This document shows positions 41,469 to 47,823 of a stretch of 64,000 bases of DNA, piece after piece. The notes below the pieces were generated by a model. That model searched no databases. It saw only the letters and a program-made list of their open reading frames with translations, and was not told where the DNA came from. This stretch comes from a phage. Numbering within the stretch: position 1 is the stretch's first letter; each line of letters begins with the position of its first letter. Both the position numbers and the translations under genes were made by a program. The stretch is taken from the NCBI GenBank assembly GCA_024875585.1, contig GCA_024875585.1_4107.1; one strand, written 5' to 3'.

Positions 41469-41489
41469 AATACAATAAGGAATAAAATC

Positions 41490-41711
41490 ATGACTACAAT
41501 GACTTGCATTTACGCTTCCAATCTTCTGAATGATGCGGCCTTTAATGTTGATTCAGAATATCAATGTTATCGGGATGAAAATAAAAAAGTTTTTGTAGTT
41601 GATAATAATGGTTTCCATATTGAATTGCAATCCGGCTTCACTGGCGTTGATGGTAAATCAGTATGGGGCGTACAGGATGATAAAGGTACATATCATTTTA
41701 AACGTAATTAA
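41490..41711 (+). CDS. hypothetical small protein (73 aa)
   Basis: ATG 41490 after taagga. Confidence 0.75.
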   Translation: MTTMTCIYASNLLNDAAFNVDSEYQCYRDENKKVFVVDNNGFHIELQSGFTGVDGKSVWGVQDDKGTYHFKRN

Positions 41712-41714
41712 GTA

Positions 41715-41804
41715 TTGACAAAGTATCTTAGTACTGTATAATAGTTTACATCAAGGGCAACGGGAAGTTTTTAAAACTTCCCTATAGGGAGAATAGATCT
41801 CCCC
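41715..41804 (+). promoter_or_regulatory. sigma70-type promoter + tandem leader hairpins (cassette copy 3 of 3)
   Basis: TTGACA(41715-20)-16nt-TATAAT(41737-42); hairpin A 41762-82; hairpin B 41787-804. Confidence 0.65.
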
Positions 41805-41826
41805 GATACTAAAAGGAAACAAAAAT

Positions 41827-42099
41827 ATGTCTAGCTACTCCGCTACTATGATCATTAAAGATATGAACGGTAATCCTACTGCTGCTGGTGGATCATTTGG
41901 AAACATTAACTTAGATGGTCGGTTAACCATGCAATCAGCCATCAATGCAGCGAAAGAAGTTTTTAAGAATGAATGCACTGTAAGTAAGCTGGATTATATG
42001 GGATTCGCTATCGAGAAAACTAATCGTTTTGTGAACTACAAAAATCCACTGATGATTGATACCAACCTGAAAGCTAACGAAGTGGAATACTTATTATGA
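41827..42099 (+). CDS. hypothetical protein (90 aa)
   Basis: SD aaagga. Confidence 0.8.
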   Translation: MSSYSATMIIKDMNGNPTAAGGSFGNINLDGRLTMQSAINAAKEVFKNECTVSKLDYMGFAIEKTNRFVNYKNPLMIDTNLKANEVEYLL

Positions 42100-42287
42100 C
42101 AGTTGAAGAAGTTAAAAAAGTACTGGCAGTTCTACGCTATCATAATCATTGCAAGGTGAAGAATGATCCTGATTATCTTGATTCATCCCTTGAGGAAGAC
42201 ACATTAAACGCAATAAGCTATATGCAAACATTATTAAAACGTATGACCGAAAAGAATAGACCGGACTATATCGGAAATAAAATTTAA
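42096..42287 (+). CDS. hypothetical small protein (63 aa)
   Basis: ATGA overlap with upstream gene. Confidence 0.7.
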   Translation: MTVEEVKKVLAVLRYHNHCKVKNDPDYLDSSLEEDTLNAISYMQTLLKRMTEKNRPDYIGNKI

Positions 42288-42294
42288 AAAGTAC

Positions 42295-42355
42295 TTGCAT
42301 TGTAGTTAGATTAACGTATAATGTTTTATATCGAGAGGGGAAATGGTTTCCCCTC
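42295..42355 (+). promoter_or_regulatory. early-type promoter + leader hairpin
   Basis: TTGCAT(42295-300)-16nt-TATAAT(42317-22); gaggggaaa-tgg-tttcccctc 42335-55. Confidence 0.65.
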
Positions 42356-42373
42356 AAGTCCAGGAGATACACA

Positions 42374-42637
42374 ATGAACACTATCGAAATCACTATCAAT
42401 GCTCACGTATACGACAACGTAGTACTGCAAACTACTATGACCGCTAATGATACCAGAACTTTGCGGAATACTGTTATAAGTGCCGTATGTGCTGCAATTG
42501 GTGATGTATCCCTGGAAAATGCAGAACATATCAACAACGGTTTCACTATGTGCAAACGTGATAACGCAAAACATATCATCGTAGAAGGTTACGGCGGTGT
42601 AGAATATAATCTTTATATGAAAAAAGTACTTGCATAG
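42374..42637 (+). CDS. hypothetical protein (87 aa)
   Basis: SD caggag; 3' end overlaps next promoter. Confidence 0.8.
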   Translation: MNTIEITINAHVYDNVVLQTTMTANDTRTLRNTVISAVCAAIGDVSLENAEHINNGFTMCKRDNAKHIIVEGYGGVEYNLYMKKVLA

Positions 42638-42686
42638 TAACTAAAACAAAGTATAATGTTTTGCATAGGGGGAGATATCCTCCCCC
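42629..42686 (+). promoter_or_regulatory. early-type promoter + leader hairpin
   Basis: TTGCAT(42629-34)-17nt-TATAAT(42652-57); gggggag-atatc-ctccccc 42668-86. Confidence 0.6.
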
Positions 42687-42704
42687 ACTAAAAGGAGTAC
42701 TAAA

Positions 42705-42929
42705 ATGGCTAACTTTGATGAACTGATGCGGGAAGTAGCTACCCTGGCAGAAGAGAAGAAATCATTTGATTCTATCTATAACACCTCTTACCGTGATTCA
42801 GTACTGGCATGTAACCAGGATCAAAAAGATGAACTAATCGCCACCTATCATGAAGCGTGGAAGTATTACCGCCAATGGGAGAAAGAAGAAAGTGAGTCTA
42901 CCATTGACGGCCTCAATAATCTAATCTAA
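42705..42929 (+). CDS. hypothetical acidic small protein (74 aa)
   Basis: SD aaaggag. Confidence 0.8.
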   Translation: MANFDELMREVATLAEEKKSFDSIYNTSYRDSVLACNQDQKDELIATYHEAWKYYRQWEKEESESTIDGLNNLI

Positions 42930-42934
42930 AGTTT

Positions 42935-42976
42935 TATTTCAGTACTATTGACATAGATTGATAGTACTGATATGAT
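42935..42976 (+). repeat. promoter cassette, partial copy 4 of 4
   Basis: tttCAGTACTATTGACAtagattgATAGTACTGatatgat; TTGACA 42948-53 -17nt- TATGAT 42971-76. Confidence 0.55.
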
Positions 42977-43004
42977 AACTTTACTAACTACAAGGGGAAA
43001 CATC

Positions 43005-43262
43005 ATGGAACAATTCACACAATATCGGGTAAATCCTCAAGCTATGGCATACGTAGAAGACCATAAAACGTTACCAGTACAAACACCAATTAAAGGCCAT
43101 ATCTATCGTGCAATGTCATGGAATCCGGCCCAGGATGGCTATAAAACCGTAGCCGTGGGTATGTACTGCGGTAATGGTGAATGGTTTGATCCTAACAATC
43201 CGATTGCACTTGATAGTACTGAAAAAATGAAATGGGCCGACTACATCGAAGATATTTCATAA
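43005..43262 (+). CDS. hypothetical protein (85 aa)
   Basis: ATG 43005 after aagggga. Confidence 0.75.
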   Translation: MEQFTQYRVNPQAMAYVEDHKTLPVQTPIKGHIYRAMSWNPAQDGYKTVAVGMYCGNGEWFDPNNPIALDSTEKMKWADYIEDIS

Positions 43263-43269
43263 AAATTAT

Positions 43270-43330
43270 TTGACAGTACTAACCAGTAATGTATAATGTT
43301 TTACATAGAGCGGGGGAATAGTTCTCCCGC
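43270..43330 (+). promoter_or_regulatory. sigma70-type promoter + leader hairpin
   Basis: TTGACA(43270-75)-16nt-TATAAT(43292-97); gcgggggaa-tag-ttctcccgc 43310-30. Confidence 0.65.
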
Positions 43331-43352
43331 CAATAGTTTGGAGTAAAACATT

Positions 43353-43553
43353 ATGTCTATCGCTATCGCCCTGGTCGAAGTACTGAAAGAAGCTAAAGCC
43401 AACCTTATCGATGTACAGATTAAGGAATTGCAAAATGGCTTAATCGGCTGTACTTGTACCGCTGGTGGCCCGTCAGACTATCGGGAATTCGAATCACTTG
43501 AATCGATGGTCCGTTATCTTACAATCATCGTAGAAGATTGGAGAATCATCTAA
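43353..43553 (+). CDS. hypothetical small protein (66 aa)
   Basis: SD tggag. Confidence 0.75.
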   Translation: MSIAIALVEVLKEAKANLIDVQIKELQNGLIGCTCTAGGPSDYREFESLESMVRYLTIIVEDWRII

Positions 43554-43571
43554 CAAAAAAAAAGAATAAAA

Positions 43572-43605
43572 AGGGATTGACTCCGGTCAGTCCCTTTGCT
43601 ATTAT
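43572..43605 (+). promoter_or_regulatory. bifunctional terminator hairpin / promoter
   Basis: agggattgac-tccg-gtcagtccct; TTGACT(43577-82)-17nt-TATTAT(43600-05). Confidence 0.6.
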
Positions 43606-43611
43606 ATACGC

Positions 43612-43670
43612 ATAGACAAAAACTAGCCCACAGGGTGCATAGGTGTATCTAAAATATATAGTTAATAACG
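43612..43670 (+). ncRNA. candidate short transcript with CCCAC-type core (diverged 3' half)
   Basis: cgcatagacaaaaactagCCCACAGGGTGCATAGGTGTATCtaaaatat; core 43627-38. Confidence 0.3.
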
Positions 43671-43716
43671 GTGAGTAACCATCTGCTGGTGGAGTGAAAA
43701 CTATTAATAAAAAGTA

Positions 43717-43745
43717 TTGACAAAGTATATCAGTACTGCAATAAT
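43717..43745 (+). promoter_or_regulatory. sigma70-type promoter
   Basis: TTGACA(43717-22)-17nt-AATAAT(43740-45), cagtactg in spacer. Confidence 0.5.
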
Positions 43746-43799
43746 GTATCTCGTAGGGCGGCAATGGTGCGACGGCCCACAAAGTTAGGAGATACACAA

Positions 43800-44132
43800 A
43801 TGAGTACTTCAATCGCTATCGTTAAAGCTTTCATCCGTACCAACGTTTCATCTGTATTCATTGACGGATTGGATCGGGAAGTAGAATACTCAATCATTAT
43901 CGCACAAACGGCAAACGGTGCTCGGTACATCCTTAATGATAGTGAAGCAAATCACTACTACTTCACTAAAGCCACTGGCTTTAAACGCATCGATGCTGAT
44001 GTAGTATACGCTAAGATGAATAAGCTGGTAGATAAGATTAACACTAAAGGTACTATCGATTTACAGTACTGGACCGAAACCGATCCAGAATATGGATCTC
44101 ACCGCTACCTGAATCCAGGTATTAAAATGTAA
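43800..44132 (+). CDS. hypothetical protein (110 aa)
   Basis: ATG 43800 after taggag. Confidence 0.8.
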   Translation: MSTSIAIVKAFIRTNVSSVFIDGLDREVEYSIIIAQTANGARYILNDSEANHYYFTKATGFKRIDADVVYAKMNKLVDKINTKGTIDLQYWTETDPEYGSHRYLNPGIKM

Positions 44133-44139
44133 AAAGTAC

Positions 44140-44201
44140 TTGTGTAGCACTTAGATTTAAGTATAATGTTTTTCATAGAGAGGGGGAAATGGTTCTCCCT
44201 C
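44140..44201 (+). promoter_or_regulatory. early-type promoter + leader hairpin
   Basis: TTGTGT(44140-45)-16nt-TATAAT(44162-67); gagggggaaa-tgg-ttctccctc 44180-201. Confidence 0.6.
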
Positions 44202-44221
44202 ATAAATTAAGGAGTTTTATC

Positions 44222-44623
44222 ATGACCTTCTCAATCACTTCCTTCGCTGACGTTTTAGTACTGGCTCGGACTTTTGGCAAAGCTGGCCTTGAGCACGCTG
44301 TAAGTAATGGTTATATGCACCCGGAATATTGCCGCATTATCGGTAGCTGCAAACGTTGGGCCGTGTCCCGTAATATTGAGATTGAAAACTTCAATGATGG
44401 TAACAACGAATATACAGTTGATGCAGTATTCGAATCCGTTGATCTCGGCGGTATCTATAACACTAACCTGAATGATGTGCGTATCGTTCGCACGGGGTTC
44501 GGTGCTTATGATGTATCTATCCGTGAAGCGATGGACAAGGGATACATTAGCAAGGATCAGTTAGCTTACATTATGCAGCAGACTAAAGAGCGTAATGAAG
44601 CACGCACTATCTTAGGTCTGTAA
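44222..44623 (+). CDS. hypothetical protein (133 aa)
   Basis: ATG 44222 after aaggag. Confidence 0.85.
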   Translation: MTFSITSFADVLVLARTFGKAGLEHAVSNGYMHPEYCRIIGSCKRWAVSRNIEIENFNDGNNEYTVDAVFESVDLGGIYNTNLNDVRIVRTGFGAYDVSIREAMDKGYISKDQLAYIMQQTKERNEARTILGL

Positions 44624-44647
44624 GCATTACACATCACTAAACATCAT

Positions 44648-44667
44648 AGGCCGCTCTCTAGCGGCCT
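44648..44667 (+). terminator. GC-rich hairpin (terminator-like, no clear T-run)
   Basis: aggccgct-ctct-agcggcct. Confidence 0.4.
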
Positions 44668-44691
44668 TAACTATATCAGGAGTACATACAC

Positions 44692-44901
44692 ATGATCTAT
44701 ACAGTATACAGCGTTCTAGGCACTATTGCAGGTGTACACGATAACGTCGATGATACTATGAGTACAGTACTGCAACAGGTTCCACTAAAGCCTAAGACAG
44801 TTAAGAAGATGACCGCACGACTAACCAGGGCGACGGCTGGCGTGGAAGTATGGCAGGACTACGGGGATACACAGGTAATCGTAAGCGTAACGAGGGATTA
44901 A
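44692..44901 (+). CDS. hypothetical small protein (69 aa)
   Basis: SD caggag. Confidence 0.75.
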   Translation: MIYTVYSVLGTIAGVHDNVDDTMSTVLQQVPLKPKTVKKMTARLTRATAGVEVWQDYGDTQVIVSVTRD

Positions 44902-44926
44902 TACGTAAAATGATTTAGTACTGATT

Positions 44927-45010
44927 CAGAAAAAAGTCAAGGCGTTTTTAAAATTATGCGTTAAAAAAATGCATAGGTAATCCCTTGACTTTTTTGAAAT
45001 AAAAGGGATT
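44927..45010 (+). promoter_or_regulatory. overlapping alternative hairpins at the module boundary
   Basis: aaaaaagtcaagg(44930-42)/ccttgactttttt(44983-95) versus aatccctt(44979-86)/aagggatt(45003-10); the two share 44983-86. Confidence 0.35.
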
Positions 45011-45150
45011 GGACTATGGCAAAATGCGTAGGGGGGCTAAAGTGCGGGTAACTTAGCGGCTTCGATAAAGGGGTATTACGAATAAAATGTTATTGACTTT
45101 TTATATAAATCGTATAAAATATGATTGATAATAATTTTAAGGGAGTCCCT

Positions 45151-45348
45151 GTGCGTATTTTAACTCAAGCAGAACACCACGAAAGACTTATCAATAACAT
45201 GGCTATGATAATGTATAAGTCCCATGACCGTGGTATTGCCTATAAGCGTGAATTAGTACTGGAACTATTCATTGGAACTAACTTTCAGGAAAGGTATGTC
45301 AACGATTGGATTTGGTATTTAATTGAAGATATAACGAGTAAACTATGA
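45151..45348 (+). CDS. family A small protein (LGTNYQE-motif paralog) A1
   Basis: GTG 45151 after aagggag gives family-like N-terminus VRILTQAEHHERL; IGTNFQERYV...ITSKL. Confidence 0.7.
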   Translation: MRILTQAEHHERLINNMAMIMYKSHDRGIAYKRELVLELFIGTNFQERYVNDWIWYLIEDITSKL

Positions 45349-45539
45349 TCATTTTAAATAAAGAAGAATATCAAGAACTGTTACGTAAAAACTTTGTAAA
45401 GATTTATAATACAGACACACACGTAGAACGAATGGAGTTATACCTTTTGATTACATTGGGAACTAACTATCAGGAAAGATGGGTGATTCAATATATGGAT
45501 ACATTGAAAAATAAAATATTGTCCACGAGGAAACAATGA
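45345..45539 (+). CDS. family A small protein A2
   Basis: ATGA overlap; MIILNKEEYQELL; LGTNYQERWV. Confidence 0.85.
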   Translation: MIILNKEEYQELLRKNFVKIYNTDTHVERMELYLLITLGTNYQERWVIQYMDTLKNKILSTRKQ

Positions 45540-45745
45540 AAACTATAACACGAACCCAATCATACGGACTTATCTTGAAATACATGGACTTAATGGTGGA
45601 TATCAGCAAAGACCTGCCTAAAACTGCAATTGAAGTTGCAAGAGCAGAGATCCGCATGTTGGCTGTACTGAACACAAACCATCAGGAAGAGTATGTTGAC
45701 GATTGGATTCGATTTTTAATAGAAGATATTAAGAGTAAACTATGA
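45536..45745 (+). CDS. family A small protein A3
   Basis: ATGA overlap; LNTNHQEEYV...IKSKL. Confidence 0.85.
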   Translation: MKTITRTQSYGLILKYMDLMVDISKDLPKTAIEVARAEIRMLAVLNTNHQEEYVDDWIRFLIEDIKSKL

Positions 45746-45954
45746 TTATATTAACACCTGAAGAATATAAGAAACGTTTTAATTCTGTCCAGACTGAAAT
45801 ATTACTTATATACCTTTCAAATGCAGATCTTAACTTATCAAGGGTAATGGAGAAGGATTTACTTATGGGTGCATTTTTGGATACAGACTTTCAGGAGTAT
45901 TATGTAGGGGAATACTTTATTGCACTTCAGAACCACATTAAGAGTAAACTATGA
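45742..45954 (+). CDS. family A small protein A4
   Basis: ATGA overlap; MIILTPEEYKKRF; LDTDFQEYYV. Confidence 0.85.
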   Translation: MIILTPEEYKKRFNSVQTEILLIYLSNADLNLSRVMEKDLLMGAFLDTDFQEYYVGEYFIALQNHIKSKL

Positions 45955-46166
45955 TTATTCTAGAAAAATCATATCAATATACTGAACGCATCGCTGCCAG
46001 ACAACTTGAAATCCTCATAATATACGAAGAGACTTCTGATTTAAACTTAGCCGAGGTATTGGAAAATGAAATACTTTTGGGTGCATTCTTGGGAACAGAC
46101 TATCAGGAGTATTATGAGGAAAAGTATTTGTCATCTCTTGAGAAATACGTCAGGAGCAAACTATGA
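45951..46166 (+). CDS. family A small protein A5
   Basis: ATGA overlap; LGTDYQEYYE. Confidence 0.85.
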   Translation: MIILEKSYQYTERIAARQLEILIIYEETSDLNLAEVLENEILLGAFLGTDYQEYYEEKYLSSLEKYVRSKL

Positions 46167-46390
46167 AACATTTAAGTAATATAGAGAAGAATAAAATTAT
46201 CATTGCTGTAATAAACAAATATTTTACACTTCCACAAAAAGAATGTTTATCTATAAGGGAACACAGGATAAACACCACCGAGATTCGCATGTTGGCTGTA
46301 CTGGGGACTAACTTCCAAGAAGGCTATGTTCATGAGCACATCGTTGCACTCACTAATTACATAATGGACAAATGTAATGAACATCATTAA
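46163..46390 (+). CDS. family A small protein A6
   Basis: ATGA overlap; LGTNFQEGYVHEHIVALTNYIMDKC. Confidence 0.85.
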   Translation: MKHLSNIEKNKIIIAVINKYFTLPQKECLSIREHRINTTEIRMLAVLGTNFQEGYVHEHIVALTNYIMDKCNEHH

Positions 46391-46601
46391 TAACTTTGAA
46401 TACGAGGCCCGTGCTAAGAGTGCCAGAAAAAAAGAGAACACCATTTACTTCACTATGATGTACTTACAATGGACTGAAATTGAAGAAAAGGTTGCTGAAG
46501 TATGGATGTTGGAATTCATGGGGACGCAGTATCAGAATAGGTTTGCGGGTGAGTATATCAATGTTCTTATGAAACAAATAGAAAGGAAGGAAAAGAACTA
46601 A
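46377..46601 (+). CDS. family A small protein A7
   Basis: MGTQYQNRFA. Confidence 0.8.
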   Translation: MNIINNFEYEARAKSARKKENTIYFTMMYLQWTEIEEKVAEVWMLEFMGTQYQNRFAGEYINVLMKQIERKEKN

Positions 46602-46690
46602 TGGAGGGATGCTGTACTTTATTGGAACTTTTATATATTCATGAACACATAGTTGCCCTCACAAATCTAATAAAGGATAAATGTAAATGA
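46601..46690 (+). pseudogene. truncated family A remnant (C-terminal half only, 29 codons)
   Basis: MEGCCTLLELLYIHEHIVALTNLIKDKCK aligns with the 3' half of A6 (..VHEHIVALTNYIMDKC); GTNxQE region degraded. Confidence 0.55.
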
Positions 46691-46944
46691 AACACTTGAC
46701 TGATGATGAACATGAAACTATAATTCGTAAACTAACCCCCATCACAAGGATAGTCTACGGTGATCCCAGCCTCACATGGAACCAAATGCGAGCTAAAGTT
46801 AATGAGCTATGGTTGCTGTACTTTATGGGGACTCAATATCAAGATAAGTTTTGCACAGAATATATCGAACAATTAACGAATGTTATACAGGATAAACTAA
46901 ATGAACGAATTGTGGAAAAATATGAAAACTTTATCAAGCATTGA
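46687..46944 (+). CDS. family A small protein A8 (3'-extended)
   Basis: MGTQYQDKFC; usual ..aaactATGA junction reads aaactaaATGA here, so the ORF runs 18 extra codons. Confidence 0.8.
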   Translation: MKHLTDDEHETIIRKLTPITRIVYGDPSLTWNQMRAKVNELWLLYFMGTQYQDKFCTEYIEQLTNVIQDKLNERIVEKYENFIKH

Positions 46945-47173
46945 GTATCAGACTGCCCTCTTCTCTCTTCTAAACACCCTCCGCACGAACAATAAACTTT
47001 ATAATTCCCGTGAAGCTGATATTGTCAACGCTGATGTATATCTTAATAAATTTATAGGGACTAACTATCAAGAACTGTTTGTTTTACGATATATCTCTGC
47101 ACTAAGAAACGAAATATCAGATAAAACCCGCCAAGCCAGAAGAGAATGGAAGAGACAATGCAACAAAGACTAA
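46901..47173 (+). CDS. family A small protein A9
   Basis: IGTNYQELFV; start at junction ATG 46901 or at 46922 (MKTLSSIEY, more family-like). Confidence 0.75.
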   Translation: MNELWKNMKTLSSIEYQTALFSLLNTLRTNNKLYNSREADIVNADVYLNKFIGTNYQELFVLRYISALRNEISDKTRQARREWKRQCNKD

Positions 47174-47409
47174 ATCACAAAATGTATTGTAAACTATTAC
47201 AGAATCTAGGACAAAAACACTATGATACAGTATCTGAAATATTACCCTATGATATCATGCGTTTAATTCATAGTGAGGCAGAGATGCTTGTACTGATGAC
47301 CGGTACTGATAAAACAGCAATCACCAGATCGATAGAGCAATATATTGATGCACACTGTCAATGTATTAGAACTGAGATATGGAGGCGAGTAAATGAAAGT
47401 ACTGAATGA
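47146..47409 (+). CDS. family A small protein A10 (diverged)
   Basis: MTGTDKTAITRSIEQYI in the motif position. Confidence 0.65.
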   Translation: MEETMQQRLNHKMYCKLLQNLGQKHYDTVSEILPYDIMRLIHSEAEMLVLMTGTDKTAITRSIEQYIDAHCQCIRTEIWRRVNESTE

Positions 47410-47608
47410 GTATCAGTATCATTGGAGGTTACAAACTATAAGAGGGAAAGTTGTTAGTATTTCTTTAGATAAGTCTATTGCACAAGAGGACAAATGTGTT
47501 ATAATAGCTGAAATGAAGTTGGGTGTATTTGTAGGAACAAACTATCAAAACATCTACACTGACGTATTATTAAGTGCCTTACGCAACAAGGTGTTATCCA
47601 GAGAATGA
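47393..47608 (+). CDS. family A small protein A11
   Basis: VGTNYQNIYT. Confidence 0.85.
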   Translation: MKVLNEYQYHWRLQTIRGKVVSISLDKSIAQEDKCVIIAEMKLGVFVGTNYQNIYTDVLLSALRNKVLSRE

Positions 47609-47823
47609 GAAAATTAATAGGTTACGAATATGTTAAGCTTCTGAAAACCTGTAGTATTAGCAGGGTAAAGATTCAATCTGATAAGAGTATTCCTGTTGAA
47701 CTAAAGTACGCAATGATGGCTGAACTTTATGTAGGTGCACTATTGGGGACAAACTATCAACAAATGTATGTAGACCTATGGGTTGACGCACTACTGAAAG
47801 AGGTCCAAAGTAAATGCAAATGA
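47605..47823 (+). CDS. family A small protein A12
   Basis: ATGA overlap; LGTNYQQMYV. Confidence 0.85.
   Translation: MRKLIGYEYVKLLKTCSISRVKIQSDKSIPVELKYAMMAELYVGALLGTNYQQMYVDLWVDALLKEVQSKCK

Noticed and set aside
25073-43930. Minus-strand ORFs spanning intergenic or promoter regions (25073..25303, 26601..26801, 31128..31334, 33055..33243, 34411..34686, 35887..36087, 36467..36667, 42112..42399, 42326..42574, 43546..43812, 43730..43930, 51604..51804, 56618..56881)
   Set aside because: They run across promoters, terminators or + strand genes. They lack SD sequences and break the otherwise consistent operon structure.
30085-44623. N-terminal extensions MVLP.../MILP... in the ORF track (for example 30085, 34453, 37611, 41457, 44189, 29198, 38911)
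   Set aside because: These start at an AUG or GUG inside the loop or stem of the conserved leader hairpin (..gagaaATGgttctc..) and have no SD. A proper SD plus ATG lies 30-33 nt downstream. The in-frame spacing is explained by the leaders being copies of one another.
45094-45120. TTGACT at 45094 plus TATAAA at 45113 as the promoter of the family A array, and ATG 45121 as the start of A1
   Set aside because: The spacer is only 13 nt. The ATG at 45121 has no SD. A GTG at 45151 preceded by aagggag gives a family-typical N-terminus. The true promoter for the array remains unassigned.
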